From the NCBI GenBank assembly GCA_040390125.1, contig JAZJYZ010000001.1, forward strand, positions 570,396-634,395: a DNA stretch of 64,000 nucleotides, given 5' to 3'. The stretch is from Patescibacteria group bacterium (GTDB lineage Bacteria > Patescibacteriota > Minisyncoccia > Phycocordibacterales > Phycocordibacteraceae). Under the pieces are notes generated by a model that had not been told where the DNA came from, ran no database searches, and saw nothing but the letters and a program-made list of their open reading frames with translations. Position 1 is the stretch's first letter; the number at the start of each line of letters is the position of its first letter. The translations under genes and the position numbers were made by a program. Below are positions 55,812-64,000 of the stretch, one piece after another.

Positions 55812-56361
55812 GAACCTTAAGCGTGATATTATTTTTCTAAAGATATATTAGAAGATATAAAATAAATTTTAATACTATGGACGTTTTAAATGGATTCCTT
55901 CAAGCTCTCGTTTCACTTGTCATATACGTCTTTAACCTTCTCATGCAGTTCGCTCTATACTTCATGTCACTTGTCACTACGAGCGCACAAGACATTCTCA
56001 CAGGGGTGCATTTTTAATTTCTCCCTCAGGCTATCAGAGATATTTCTTCATCATTTATTCACCTGAGAGATGGTGTAATTAAGCTATAATTCATTAACTA
56101 ATATATCCATGGATTCAGAAATCGACCTCGCTGCGGAGCACGCAGACGAAGAAGCCAGACAAGCCGAAGAGAAAGCTCGACTAGCACACGAAGCCGCAGC
56201 TGCGGAACATGAAAGGTTGGCTGAAGTAGAAAGGCAAAAAAGCGTTTCGTAGCACCTGACTTATGACTTAGCTCACGACTTCCAATAATTTTTGCACACG
56301 ACGTGAACTCTTCGCTGGAGGACTATGTTCAATCTGGAAACTCAAGACCACTAGAAACCTT

Positions 56362-56886
56362 TTAGTCGTTTGCAAGCTGTTTGCCTAGCTCATCTTCTAT
56401 CACATCGCTCTCTAAACTCTTCAACATGTCTTTAAGATCTGCGTCTTTAGAAATATCAATGCCGTTCTTTTCAAGAAGAAGAGTTTGCAGGTAAATTAAC
56501 TTCGTAATCTCGCTTTCAGCGTAGGTGTTGATGTAGAGCTCCACTTCTTCTCGAAGTTCGGCAATTTTAGTTTCTCGATTTTGTGAGATAAGCACAATGA
56601 TTGCAAGAAAAATCGCCTCAAGCGAAACCACCATGGTGAGAAGCCCGAATGGAAATGGGTCTGGTGTAGGGATACCTGAAAACATGCCGGAGTTCCATAC
56701 AATCCACACAAGAAAGAACACTGCGTTAAGTACGAGAAAGAAAACAGTACCGAACGATTCAGTCAGGAAATCTGCAATTTTATCAACGACAGTTCTTTTG
56801 GCGTTAGCACGTGCTTTAAAGCTCTGAATGGCACGTCGCCTTCGTGAGACTTTCTCTCGGCTAAAAGTAGGCTTGGTAGGATTCAT
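56362..56886 (-). CDS. DUF1003 family membrane protein
   Basis: 174 aa; two TM helices with the FDPYPF-like PDPFPFGLL and SQNRE motifs. Confidence 0.65.
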   Translation of the reverse strand: MNPTKPTFSREKVSRRRRAIQSFKARANAKRTVVDKIADFLTESFGTVFFLVLNAVFFLVWIVWNSGMFSGIPTPDPFPFGLLTMVVSLEAIFLAIIVLISQNRETKIAELREEVELYINTYAESEITKLIYLQTLLLEKNGIDISKDADLKDMLKSLESDVIEDELGKQLAND

Positions 56887-56951
56887 TGGATATATGATAG
56901 CAGGCTACACGAAACAGATTGTCGTATTCCATGGGATGAGTATGGTATCAC

Positions 56952-57293
56952 GTGGAAAATGCTACACTCCTCAATGCTTCAACTATGGATAGAAAAAGAA
57001 CAGAGGGCTCCAGAGAGAACGTGGAGATAAAAACCGTTAAAGACGCCTATCTTGAATCTAGAGGGACGTCCCCAGGTGAAAGAGCGCTAGAATCCGTCAT
57101 CGATCAGTTTCAAGAAAACCCAAACTCACCTGCCCTGAAAAGATTCAAGCAGGATGGATATTATTTCTTTTTTGGTACTGTCAGCGGAAATTACGTAACA
57201 TGCTTGCATCGAGCCGGGCAAAAGCTTGACCGTATGGCAACGTGGCTCGGAGCTCCTTGGAAAAAAGATTTTTACGTCGTTGGTTCAGAGTAA
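56952..57293 (+). CDS. Hypothetical protein
   Basis: 113-aa ORF overlapping the next small membrane ORF (57242..57562). Confidence 0.3.
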   Translation: MENATLLNASTMDRKRTEGSRENVEIKTVKDAYLESRGTSPGERALESVIDQFQENPNSPALKRFKQDGYYFFFGTVSGNYVTCLHRAGQKLDRMATWLGAPWKKDFYVVGSE

Positions 57294-57590
57294 AATGGAA
57301 GTATAATTCCCCTATGCACTGGCAAGATATCGTTCTCTCAATCGGACAATATATTTTCGTCCTTGCTCTCCTCCCTTCTGTATTCGGGAAAGATAAACCT
57401 GCGCTTTCTTCGAGTTTGCTCACGGGCAGTGTTCTTGCGGTTTTCAGTGCGGTATATGCAACACTCAATCTGTGGAGCTCCGCAGTCGCCTCTGCAATAG
57501 TTGCAGGAGTATGGTTTATTTTGGCGTGGCAACAGTACAGAAAGAAAAGAAATAGTACATAGAACTTGAGGTAAGTGTTATAATTCCACC

Positions 57591-57995
57591 ATGAATAATA
57601 AACTAATTACCCTACTTATTGGTGTCATTCTTGTTGCGAGCGTCGGAGGGCTAGTCCTTTGGCAGAAAAATACTAAAAGCACTGCGCAAACAAGCGATAC
57701 CGCAACAACTCAAAACACTGAAACACCTGCTCAAACCCCGGAGGTACAAACTCAGCCAAGTGGCATTACAGGTGCAGATGTTGCCAAACACGCCTCAAGA
57801 AATGACTGCTGGTCAACTATTAATGGGAATGTGTACGACCTAACGAGCTGGATTCCCAATCATCCCGGAGGCGAGCAAGCAATACTACAGCTATGTGGGA
57901 AAGACGGTTCGGCAAAATTCAATGGTCAGCACGGTGGAGCTGCAAAACAAGCAGGAATTCTTGCTGGTTTCAAGATTGGAATTTTAGTTCAATAG
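57591..57995 (+). CDS. Membrane-anchored cytochrome b5-like heme-binding domain protein
   Basis: 134 aa; N-terminal TM helix, then ...NDCWSTINGNVYDLTSWIPNHPGG...H..., the cytochrome b5 fold signature. Confidence 0.72.
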   Translation: MNNKLITLLIGVILVASVGGLVLWQKNTKSTAQTSDTATTQNTETPAQTPEVQTQPSGITGADVAKHASRNDCWSTINGNVYDLTSWIPNHPGGEQAILQLCGKDGSAKFNGQHGGAAKQAGILAGFKIGILVQ

Positions 57996-58001
57996 ATTTT
58001 T

Positions 58002-58364
58002 ATGACACGAGTGCAGTTTGGGGTACTGGTATTGCGTCTTGGACTTTCGGCGGTATTTCTTTGGTTTGGGTTCTCACAACTTATGGATGGAATCGCTTGG
58101 GTTGCCTGGGTACCGGAATGGGCAGTAAACCTGCTTCATTTACCACCAGCTATGATAGTCCTTGGAAACGGATTGTTTGAAGTAGTATTTGGAACCTTAC
58201 TTGCCATTGGATTGTGGACGCCATATATCGCACTCATTCTTGCGCTTCACTTGGCGGTTATTACTTTCGATATTGGACTTACCGCAATCGGCGTACGGGA
58301 CTTCGGACTCACCATTGCAACTATTGCACTAGCGCTTTTGGCAAAGAAAGACAAAGTAGTCTAG
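58002..58364 (+). CDS. DoxX-family membrane protein
   Basis: 120-aa polytopic membrane protein, DoxX-like. Confidence 0.6.
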   Translation: MTRVQFGVLVLRLGLSAVFLWFGFSQLMDGIAWVAWVPEWAVNLLHLPPAMIVLGNGLFEVVFGTLLAIGLWTPYIALILALHLAVITFDIGLTAIGVRDFGLTIATIALALLAKKDKVV

Positions 58365-58380
58365 AGTTTTGAAACGGGTC

Positions 58381-59424
58381 CTAGAGACTAGCGTGGACAA
58401 GCGACACCTTTGTGCCTGTCGGTAAACTTTCTTTTTTAATACTCGCCTGCAATGAATTGGCCAGTGCTCCAATAATGCTTGTGCCAAGTCCAGGGCGGTT
58501 TGCGGTCGCTTCTTCATCCAATTGCCCAACACCGTTGTCCTGAATACTCAGTGTCCAGCCAGATGTATCTGAGCTATACGTCACTACAATTTTGCCGGGA
58601 CGACCATTTGTAAATGCGTGTTTTATGGCATTGATAACGAGCTCCGTGGTAATGAGCCCAAAGCTCACTGCCGTATCTGAAGAGACCGAGCCTTCACTTG
58701 CATCCACCTCAATGGTTATGGGTTTTCTGCCACCAATCATCGAGCGAGCTAAGCTTTGACAGAGTGCAGTTAAGTATTTTGCCACTACAATCTCTTCACC
58801 ATGGCCAATAGGGTCAAGCTGTTGCTGAACTGTTGCGATAGACATGATGCGTTCGTGTGCGTCTTCAAGGTGTGCTCGACTTTCTTTAGAGTCAACCATC
58901 TCAGCCTTCAGCACAAGGATGCTGGCAATAAGTTGCAAACTGTTTGCAATACGATGTTGCATTTCTTTGAGAAGTAAATCCTTCTGCGTCATGAGCTTTT
59001 CCCTTTCAGTTTCGAGTGCACGCTGATCCGTCACATCAAGAATAGAAAGAAGCATCTTCTTTCTATTGTTTTCATACCGTATCTCACGAGCATTCACCAT
59101 CATCGTTCGCTGTCCGAAAAAAGGAAAATCGTGCTCCACTTCATACCCCTTCACTACCGTATGTGTTGGAATGACTTGCTCAAGAAGAGTACGTAGTTTG
59201 GGAATATTCCATTGCCCGCCCGCGATGTCATAAAACATCTTCTCATTGGTATTCTCATGAGTAAGATCAAACTTTTTATAGAATGCATGACTTGCAACAA
59301 TCACACGCAAATCTTCATCAAGAACGATAAGTGGCTCGTGAATGGTATCAATAATCGCTTGCGTCAAAATATGACCATCCTTTGGGTCACTCAGTGGATC
59401 AAAAATGTGTGCACTGGAGCTCAT
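58381..59424 (-). CDS. Cytoplasmic PAS-domain sensor histidine kinase (HisKA_2 type)
   Basis: 347 aa; a PAS region, then HRIANSLQLIASIL (HisKA_2 H-box) and a HATPase_c region with DNGVG and G-boxes. No TM helix. Confidence 0.85.
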   Translation of the reverse strand: MSSSAHIFDPLSDPKDGHILTQAIIDTIHEPLIVLDEDLRVIVASHAFYKKFDLTHENTNEKMFYDIAGGQWNIPKLRTLLEQVIPTHTVVKGYEVEHDFPFFGQRTMMVNAREIRYENNRKKMLLSILDVTDQRALETEREKLMTQKDLLLKEMQHRIANSLQLIASILVLKAEMVDSKESRAHLEDAHERIMSIATVQQQLDPIGHGEEIVVAKYLTALCQSLARSMIGGRKPITIEVDASEGSVSSDTAVSFGLITTELVINAIKHAFTNGRPGKIVVTYSSDTSGWTLSIQDNGVGQLDEEATANRPGLGTSIIGALANSLQASIKKESLPTGTKVSLVHASL

Positions 59425-59528
59425 AATTCAATGGTATACCCATTTGCTACGAAAGCGAGGAGTTTTTTGAGCAGGCAGACTTACCCTTTTGCATCCCAAA
59501 CGCTTTGAAAACAATGGAATTTCGCACG

Positions 59529-60212
59529 TTAGACCACCAGACGATACCCCACACCACGAACGGTTTCAAAGTGAGCTGAATTACTTGCTCCATGGAGTTT
59601 TTTACGCAAATTTTTCATGTGCACATCAAGCACATTGCTGTAGGTCAGTGCATTAAAGTCCCACACTTTGTCTGAAAGTTGTTCACGTGTGAATACTTCA
59701 CCAGGCCTCCGTAGAAAACATTCGAGAAGTGCATACTCCTTCAATGTTAAAGAAATCTCAATGTCTCCAATGCATACCCGATGCAAACTTGTGTCTATCG
59801 TAATATCACCGACGGTCTGGACAACCTTTTTGGAAACTGCAGGTCGCCTCGACACTGAAGCAACGCGAGCAATAAGCTCCGCTGCTGAAAATGGCTTAAC
59901 AACATAATCGTCTGCACCAGAATTCAGTAGATCAACTTTCGATTTTGTATCTCCCTGGCCAGTAAGAATAATTATAGGAGTAGTCACGCCTTCAGCTCTA
60001 GCAGTCTTAGTCAACGTTTTGCCATCCATGCTCGGCAAATCGAGGTCAAGAATTATTACATCGTAATCCTGGTGATACAAACGTATACGGGTTTGCGCCT
60101 CCACGCCATCCGTAAGTAAATCAGTAGAAAAGCCCTTGAGTTCAAGTATCTTCTTAAGATTTTTTCCGAGCTCTGGCTCGTCCTCAATAATAAGTAAACG
60201 CATACAGACCAT
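59529..60212 (-). CDS. OmpR-family response regulator
   Basis: 227 aa; a REC domain (IIEDE...DLDLPSMDG) plus a winged-helix trans_reg_C domain. Confidence 0.9.
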   Translation of the reverse strand: MVCMRLLIIEDEPELGKNLKKILELKGFSTDLLTDGVEAQTRIRLYHQDYDVIILDLDLPSMDGKTLTKTARAEGVTTPIIILTGQGDTKSKVDLLNSGADDYVVKPFSAAELIARVASVSRRPAVSKKVVQTVGDITIDTSLHRVCIGDIEISLTLKEYALLECFLRRPGEVFTREQLSDKVWDFNALTYSNVLDVHMKNLRKKLHGASNSAHFETVRGVGYRLVV

Positions 60213-60320
60213 ACTACTCTACTTCTACCTACATGAAGAAAACATGAAGAACGTGAGAATCAAGTAAAACAAAACCCGCATAATGCGGGTTTTGTTTAGA
60301 ATGCTTTTTTAATTTTTTTA

Positions 60321-60545
60321 CTACTGAGTAGAGGCGTCTCCTGTAGCGTTCGGTGTCACCGGGTTTGGCACCGTCACATTTATGTTTGTTGTGCCTGGTG
60401 TCTTCTCTCCCCCACTAAAAAATCCATTCTGATATAAGACTATGCCACCAACGACAAGTGCAATAATAACCACTAAGGCGACGACCCATCCTGCCGATCC
60501 ACCGTCATTATTGTTTCCCGGAGTATTTACAATTGTATCTGCCAT
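60321..60545 (-). CDS. Small membrane protein
   Basis: 74 aa with a single TM helix. Confidence 0.35.
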   Translation of the reverse strand: MADTIVNTPGNNNDGGSAGWVVALVVIIALVVGGIVLYQNGFFSGGEKTPGTTNINVTVPNPVTPNATGDASTQ

Positions 60546-60613
60546 AAAAAATATTTATATAAATGAATAAATGCTCTCTTAGCATATCCCGTACTAAATG
60601 AAGAAGGGGTGAA

Positions 60614-61882
60614 TTAAAGGTTTGTTTTTAACAGAAGCCGGGCGCCTATGAACGTCAGAGCCGACGAGAACGCCAACAAATAAAGACCAGCGACTAGCAT
60701 TTCCTTTTCACTATGAAGCAAGGTGATAATCCCAAGAAATATTACTCCAATCAACATTCGCCAGAACCATAACGATAGATCTCGCAATATCATTGTGGCG
60801 TAAAAATCAGAGTTCTCTCGACCCATGGACTCCATGGTTTTTAAATCGGTCACATGAATAGAGACACGCAAGAGCGGTGCCACGATGCTCTCAATGATTG
60901 TGTAGACAACTAAAGCTATAAATGTGAACACCGCCCCAAACCAGACGGTAGTAAGTACCATGATTAGTGTCATGATTCCAAAAATGAGCAAGCGGTTTTC
61001 TGATGTACGATGATGAGCAACCATAAGCACACATACAGCCGAGAATAATCCCAAGAGTGTGCTGAAAATGCCAACATTCAGTGCTGACCCAAGGATGAAG
61101 AGCACCACTAAAGAAGGTACGATGTTTTGCAAGATGTCATGAAAGGCACCACCGGAGAGATATATTTGTGCAATTTGATTTTTCCTGTTTGAAAGAAAGT
61201 GCCACAAGTCGGCCAATCGTATAGGGGCTGGGCGATAATCGGCGAGTGCAGAAAAGCAAAAGAAGCCGAGGAGATAAAATACCGGAGTGATAATGAAAAG
61301 CAAAGTTAGGTTACCTATATGGAAAACCATACCAGAAATCCAAATCAACAAAGTCGCTAGCGCAGGACCGAGGAATGAAAAAACCTGACTGCCGGCTGAC
61401 AAGAGTGACGAATAGAAATCTCGCTCTTCATCCTTCGTTTGTGAGAGTTCAAACGTATGAACCGTGAGCCAGAAAAGCCCGTTCCCTATTCCTAGAAAAG
61501 TCATCGCTATGCAAGCTGCTATCATGCTTGTGCCAGAAATCAGCACAATGAAGCCAAGCGTCATAACCACGAAGCTTGCTGCAAATCCTTGCTTTATATT
61601 GCGACGCCAGCGACTGGCAAGATATCCAAAAACACAAAAACCAACCATCGTGCCGGTGTTGAATAGCATTGATGCAACGACATTGAAAAAAACACTTGTA
61701 AATCTCTCGTAGAGGAATATCTGGGTGAAGATTCCCGTTACACTGCCGGTAAAGGTGAATATCCAGAATAGGAAAACCAACGAGCGGACAGGCGGACGCA
61801 GACCTTTGAAACGAGCAAGAGTTTTTTGAAACATGCTAAGAAAAGCGGAGGTTTGGCCATTCGTCTTCAAGTTTTGAGACAA
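60614..61882 (-). CDS. MFS transporter
   Basis: 422 aa, about 12 TM helices. Confidence 0.7.
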   Translation of the reverse strand: MSQNLKTNGQTSAFLSMFQKTLARFKGLRPPVRSLVFLFWIFTFTGSVTGIFTQIFLYERFTSVFFNVVASMLFNTGTMVGFCVFGYLASRWRRNIKQGFAASFVVMTLGFIVLISGTSMIAACIAMTFLGIGNGLFWLTVHTFELSQTKDEERDFYSSLLSAGSQVFSFLGPALATLLIWISGMVFHIGNLTLLFIITPVFYLLGFFCFSALADYRPAPIRLADLWHFLSNRKNQIAQIYLSGGAFHDILQNIVPSLVVLFILGSALNVGIFSTLLGLFSAVCVLMVAHHRTSENRLLIFGIMTLIMVLTTVWFGAVFTFIALVVYTIIESIVAPLLRVSIHVTDLKTMESMGRENSDFYATMILRDLSLWFWRMLIGVIFLGIITLLHSEKEMLVAGLYLLAFSSALTFIGARLLLKTNL

Positions 61883-63500
61883 GAAAGTCGCCCGACACTC
61901 TTTCAGGAAATATTACGTAATCAGCTCCCGCCTCTTTGAGAGTCTGCTCCTGGCCAGCATCCACTGTTCTAACAACAATCTTAGCTTTCACTTTTTTTAT
62001 CCGACATGCATCCAAAAGTGCCAAACTATCTCTCATCCCGCTTGCGGTCGAAACGATGAGATGTGCAGTATCAAGTTGCAGGGTATCCATTATCTCTGGG
62101 TCGCTCACGTCGCCATAAAGCGTGTGGTACCCCTGGTCTCTAAGGCGTCGAACAGTCGTAGGGTTGTAATCGAGCACCAGTGTTTCTATGTTCGCTTTTT
62201 TCAAATATTCGATGACTGCCTTCCCCACCCGGTCTGCACCAATAACAACCACGTGGTTGTTAAGTGCAGGAAGAACCGTATCAGGAAGCATGTCGACCGC
62301 TTCCCGACTTTGAAATCGAGCGACAAGAGGTTTCATGAATCTATAGATAAACTCCGAGTGATTAATGAGTACGGATGAAATCATAATGGAGAGCACCGCA
62401 GAGCCAGCAATAACGGCGAGCGCTGACTCAGAAGCAAAGCCGTGCTCCACGGCGAGAAGCACAACAATCAGTGAAAACTCCGATACCTGAGTCATGTTGA
62501 GAGAGGTATGGAAAAGAGTGCGTTTTCGGAATTTGAAAAAACTTAATCCCACAAGATACGCAAAAGGCTTCACGGAGAGTGCGAGAATCGTAAACCCAAT
62601 AATCATCGGCAAAGAGTCCATAATGCCTCCGAGGTCGACTTGAGAACCGATGTATATAAAGAACAATGCAACAAAAAAATCCCTGATTGGTTTTACCTTA
62701 GCCTGAATCTGAATTTGATACGGAGAAGAAGCAAGCGCAACGCCCGCAAGGAATGCACCAATAACCACAGAAAAACCTGCTAACACCGCCACGGAAGTAA
62801 AAATAAAACACCAAGTAATCGCCGTTAAAAACAACAACTCGATAGATTTTGCAACTCCGTTAAACAATGTAGGTAGAACGTAGCGAGATATAAGAAATGC
62901 CACACCAATCAATGCACCTGCTTTGATTGCGAAGACCATAAGAGGCATCAACACTGCCGTACTAAATCCGTAGGAGATGATGTTTTCCGTAATGGCAACC
63001 ATCGCAATAATGGCGACCAAGTCTTCTATGAGCAAGATGCCTATGGAGAGCTTTCCGTAGAGAGATGCGGTGTCACGCTTTTCAGAAAGCATCTTCACGA
63101 TGACAATCGTAGAAGCAAATGCGAGTGCAATACCCAAGACACCAGCTTCTATTGCCGGAAAACCGAAAAGTGTTGCAAGAGCAAAACCAGCCACTGAAGA
63201 GAGAGCAATCTGAAAAAGAGTTGCAAAAATAATCGGACGACCCAAAGAGCGAATTTCGCTCAAATTGAGTTCCATCCCAATCAAAAACAAAACAAAGGCA
63301 ATGCCTATCTCAGGCAGTGTATGGAGAATAGTTGCACCCGAAAGGCTGAGCGCAGACAGTGCAACTCCCGCCAAGAGATACGCCATAACCAAAGGTAGCC
63401 GAAACCGCATCGCCACATACCCAATGACGCAGGCAAGCGAAAGCATGACGGCAAGCTCTACAAACACACTATCCATGTAGAGGATTATACTCTGAACCAA
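61836..63500 (-). CDS. Monovalent cation:proton antiporter (CPA2/Kef-type) with C-terminal RCK/TrkA-N domain
   Basis: 554 aa; a polytopic Na_H_exchanger-like core, then the Rossmann motif NHVVVIGADRVGKAV. Confidence 0.85.
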   Translation of the reverse strand: MVQSIILYMDSVFVELAVMLSLACVIGYVAMRFRLPLVMAYLLAGVALSALSLSGATILHTLPEIGIAFVLFLIGMELNLSEIRSLGRPIIFATLFQIALSSVAGFALATLFGFPAIEAGVLGIALAFASTIVIVKMLSEKRDTASLYGKLSIGILLIEDLVAIIAMVAITENIISYGFSTAVLMPLMVFAIKAGALIGVAFLISRYVLPTLFNGVAKSIELLFLTAITWCFIFTSVAVLAGFSVVIGAFLAGVALASSPYQIQIQAKVKPIRDFFVALFFIYIGSQVDLGGIMDSLPMIIGFTILALSVKPFAYLVGLSFFKFRKRTLFHTSLNMTQVSEFSLIVVLLAVEHGFASESALAVIAGSAVLSIMISSVLINHSEFIYRFMKPLVARFQSREAVDMLPDTVLPALNNHVVVIGADRVGKAVIEYLKKANIETLVLDYNPTTVRRLRDQGYHTLYGDVSDPEIMDTLQLDTAHLIVSTASGMRDSLALLDACRIKKVKAKIVVRTVDAGQEQTLKEAGADYVIFPERVSGDFLVSKLEDEWPNLRFS

Positions 63501-63528
63501 ACTCCCTGAATACCTATATACTTAAGGT

Positions 63529-64000
63529 ATGAAAAAAGGAACATGGATTGTGCTTGGTATCGGGATACTCGTTGCGACAGGGGCTTTTGTAATTACGAAG
63601 CAGGCAGAAGCACCAACTGTGGGTACGGATGTACAAACAACCTCCCCTTCCGAATTACTTAAGGGTGCAAATTTCACGGTTCCCGATTCTGATGTTTCTG
63701 TTAGCCTGGTAAACGGTGAAGCAACTTTTCCAAACGGGAACATTCTACTGCTAGACACTCTCACAGCGGAGTGGAAAAAAGATGAACGAAAAGATTTGGT
63801 CGCAGTGTTTGCAGTCAATACTGGCGGTACAGCGAGCTTTCTTTACCTTGTACTGTTTGATGTGAACGGAGATATACTCACAAAAAAATCAGAAGGTTTT
63901 CTTGGCGATCGCATCAACATAACTCACGTTGGTATAGGAGAGTTAGTGCATGGAGGGGCAGATTACCGGGTCACTGTACAAACCCTTGAGCGCAAAGAGA
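63529..64000 (+). CDS. Hypothetical exported protein, 5' part (runs off the window end)
   Basis: MKKGTWIVLGIGILVATGAFVITKQAEA... The frame is open to 64000. The listed minus-strand ORF 63522..63818 is its shadow. Confidence 0.5.
   Translation, partial: MKKGTWIVLGIGILVATGAFVITKQAEAPTVGTDVQTTSPSELLKGANFTVPDSDVSVSLVNGEATFPNGNILLLDTLTAEWKKDERKDLVAVFAVNTGGTASFLYLVLFDVNGDILTKKSEGFLGDRINITHVGIGELVHGGADYRVTVQTLERKE

Noticed and set aside
63522-63818. Minus-strand 98-aa ORF
   Set aside because: It is a shadow of a plus-strand signal-peptide ORF, open from 63529 to the window end.

Overview
The window resembles a small-genome, CPR/Patescibacteria-like bacterium; that lineage call is an inference from low GC, compact and mostly minus-strand operons, a class I LysRS, a SWIB protein and many DUF proteins. 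Most of the window is housekeeping. It includes rplU (partial), glmS, rmuC, a dcw cluster (mraZ-rsmH-ftsL-ftsI-murF), lysK (class I), greA, and one long minus-strand array proA-proC-proB-proS-mreB-mreC-mreD-mrdA. It also includes rseP, frr, alr, holB, a second mreB-like gene, murA, a priA-like gene, def, fmt, a Xaa-Pro peptidase, hpf, pyrF, a PAS histidine kinase with an OmpR regulator, an MFS transporter and a CPA2 antiporter. There is one tRNA-Glu(CUC). The most notable accessory feature is a block of about 4 kb next to tRNA-Glu, bounded by short copies of the tRNA 3' end. It encodes a 900-aa membrane-anchored KAP-family P-loop NTPase (PifA/Tmn-like) plus a NYN/PIN-like RNase and a small HExxH protein, and is a candidate undescribed defence or abortive-infection module. 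Other notable features are a GIY-YIG mini-element with inverted-repeat ends and two ORF-less derivatives, a 29-nt two-hairpin motif present three times with a compensatory stem change, and a family of intergenic palindromes tiled from AGCTGNC-type heptamers. There is also a putative metal/copper-homeostasis cluster of DUF proteins, a duplicated small-protein cassette, and a PriA homolog that appears to have lost both Walker motifs. No CRISPR array or rRNA was seen.
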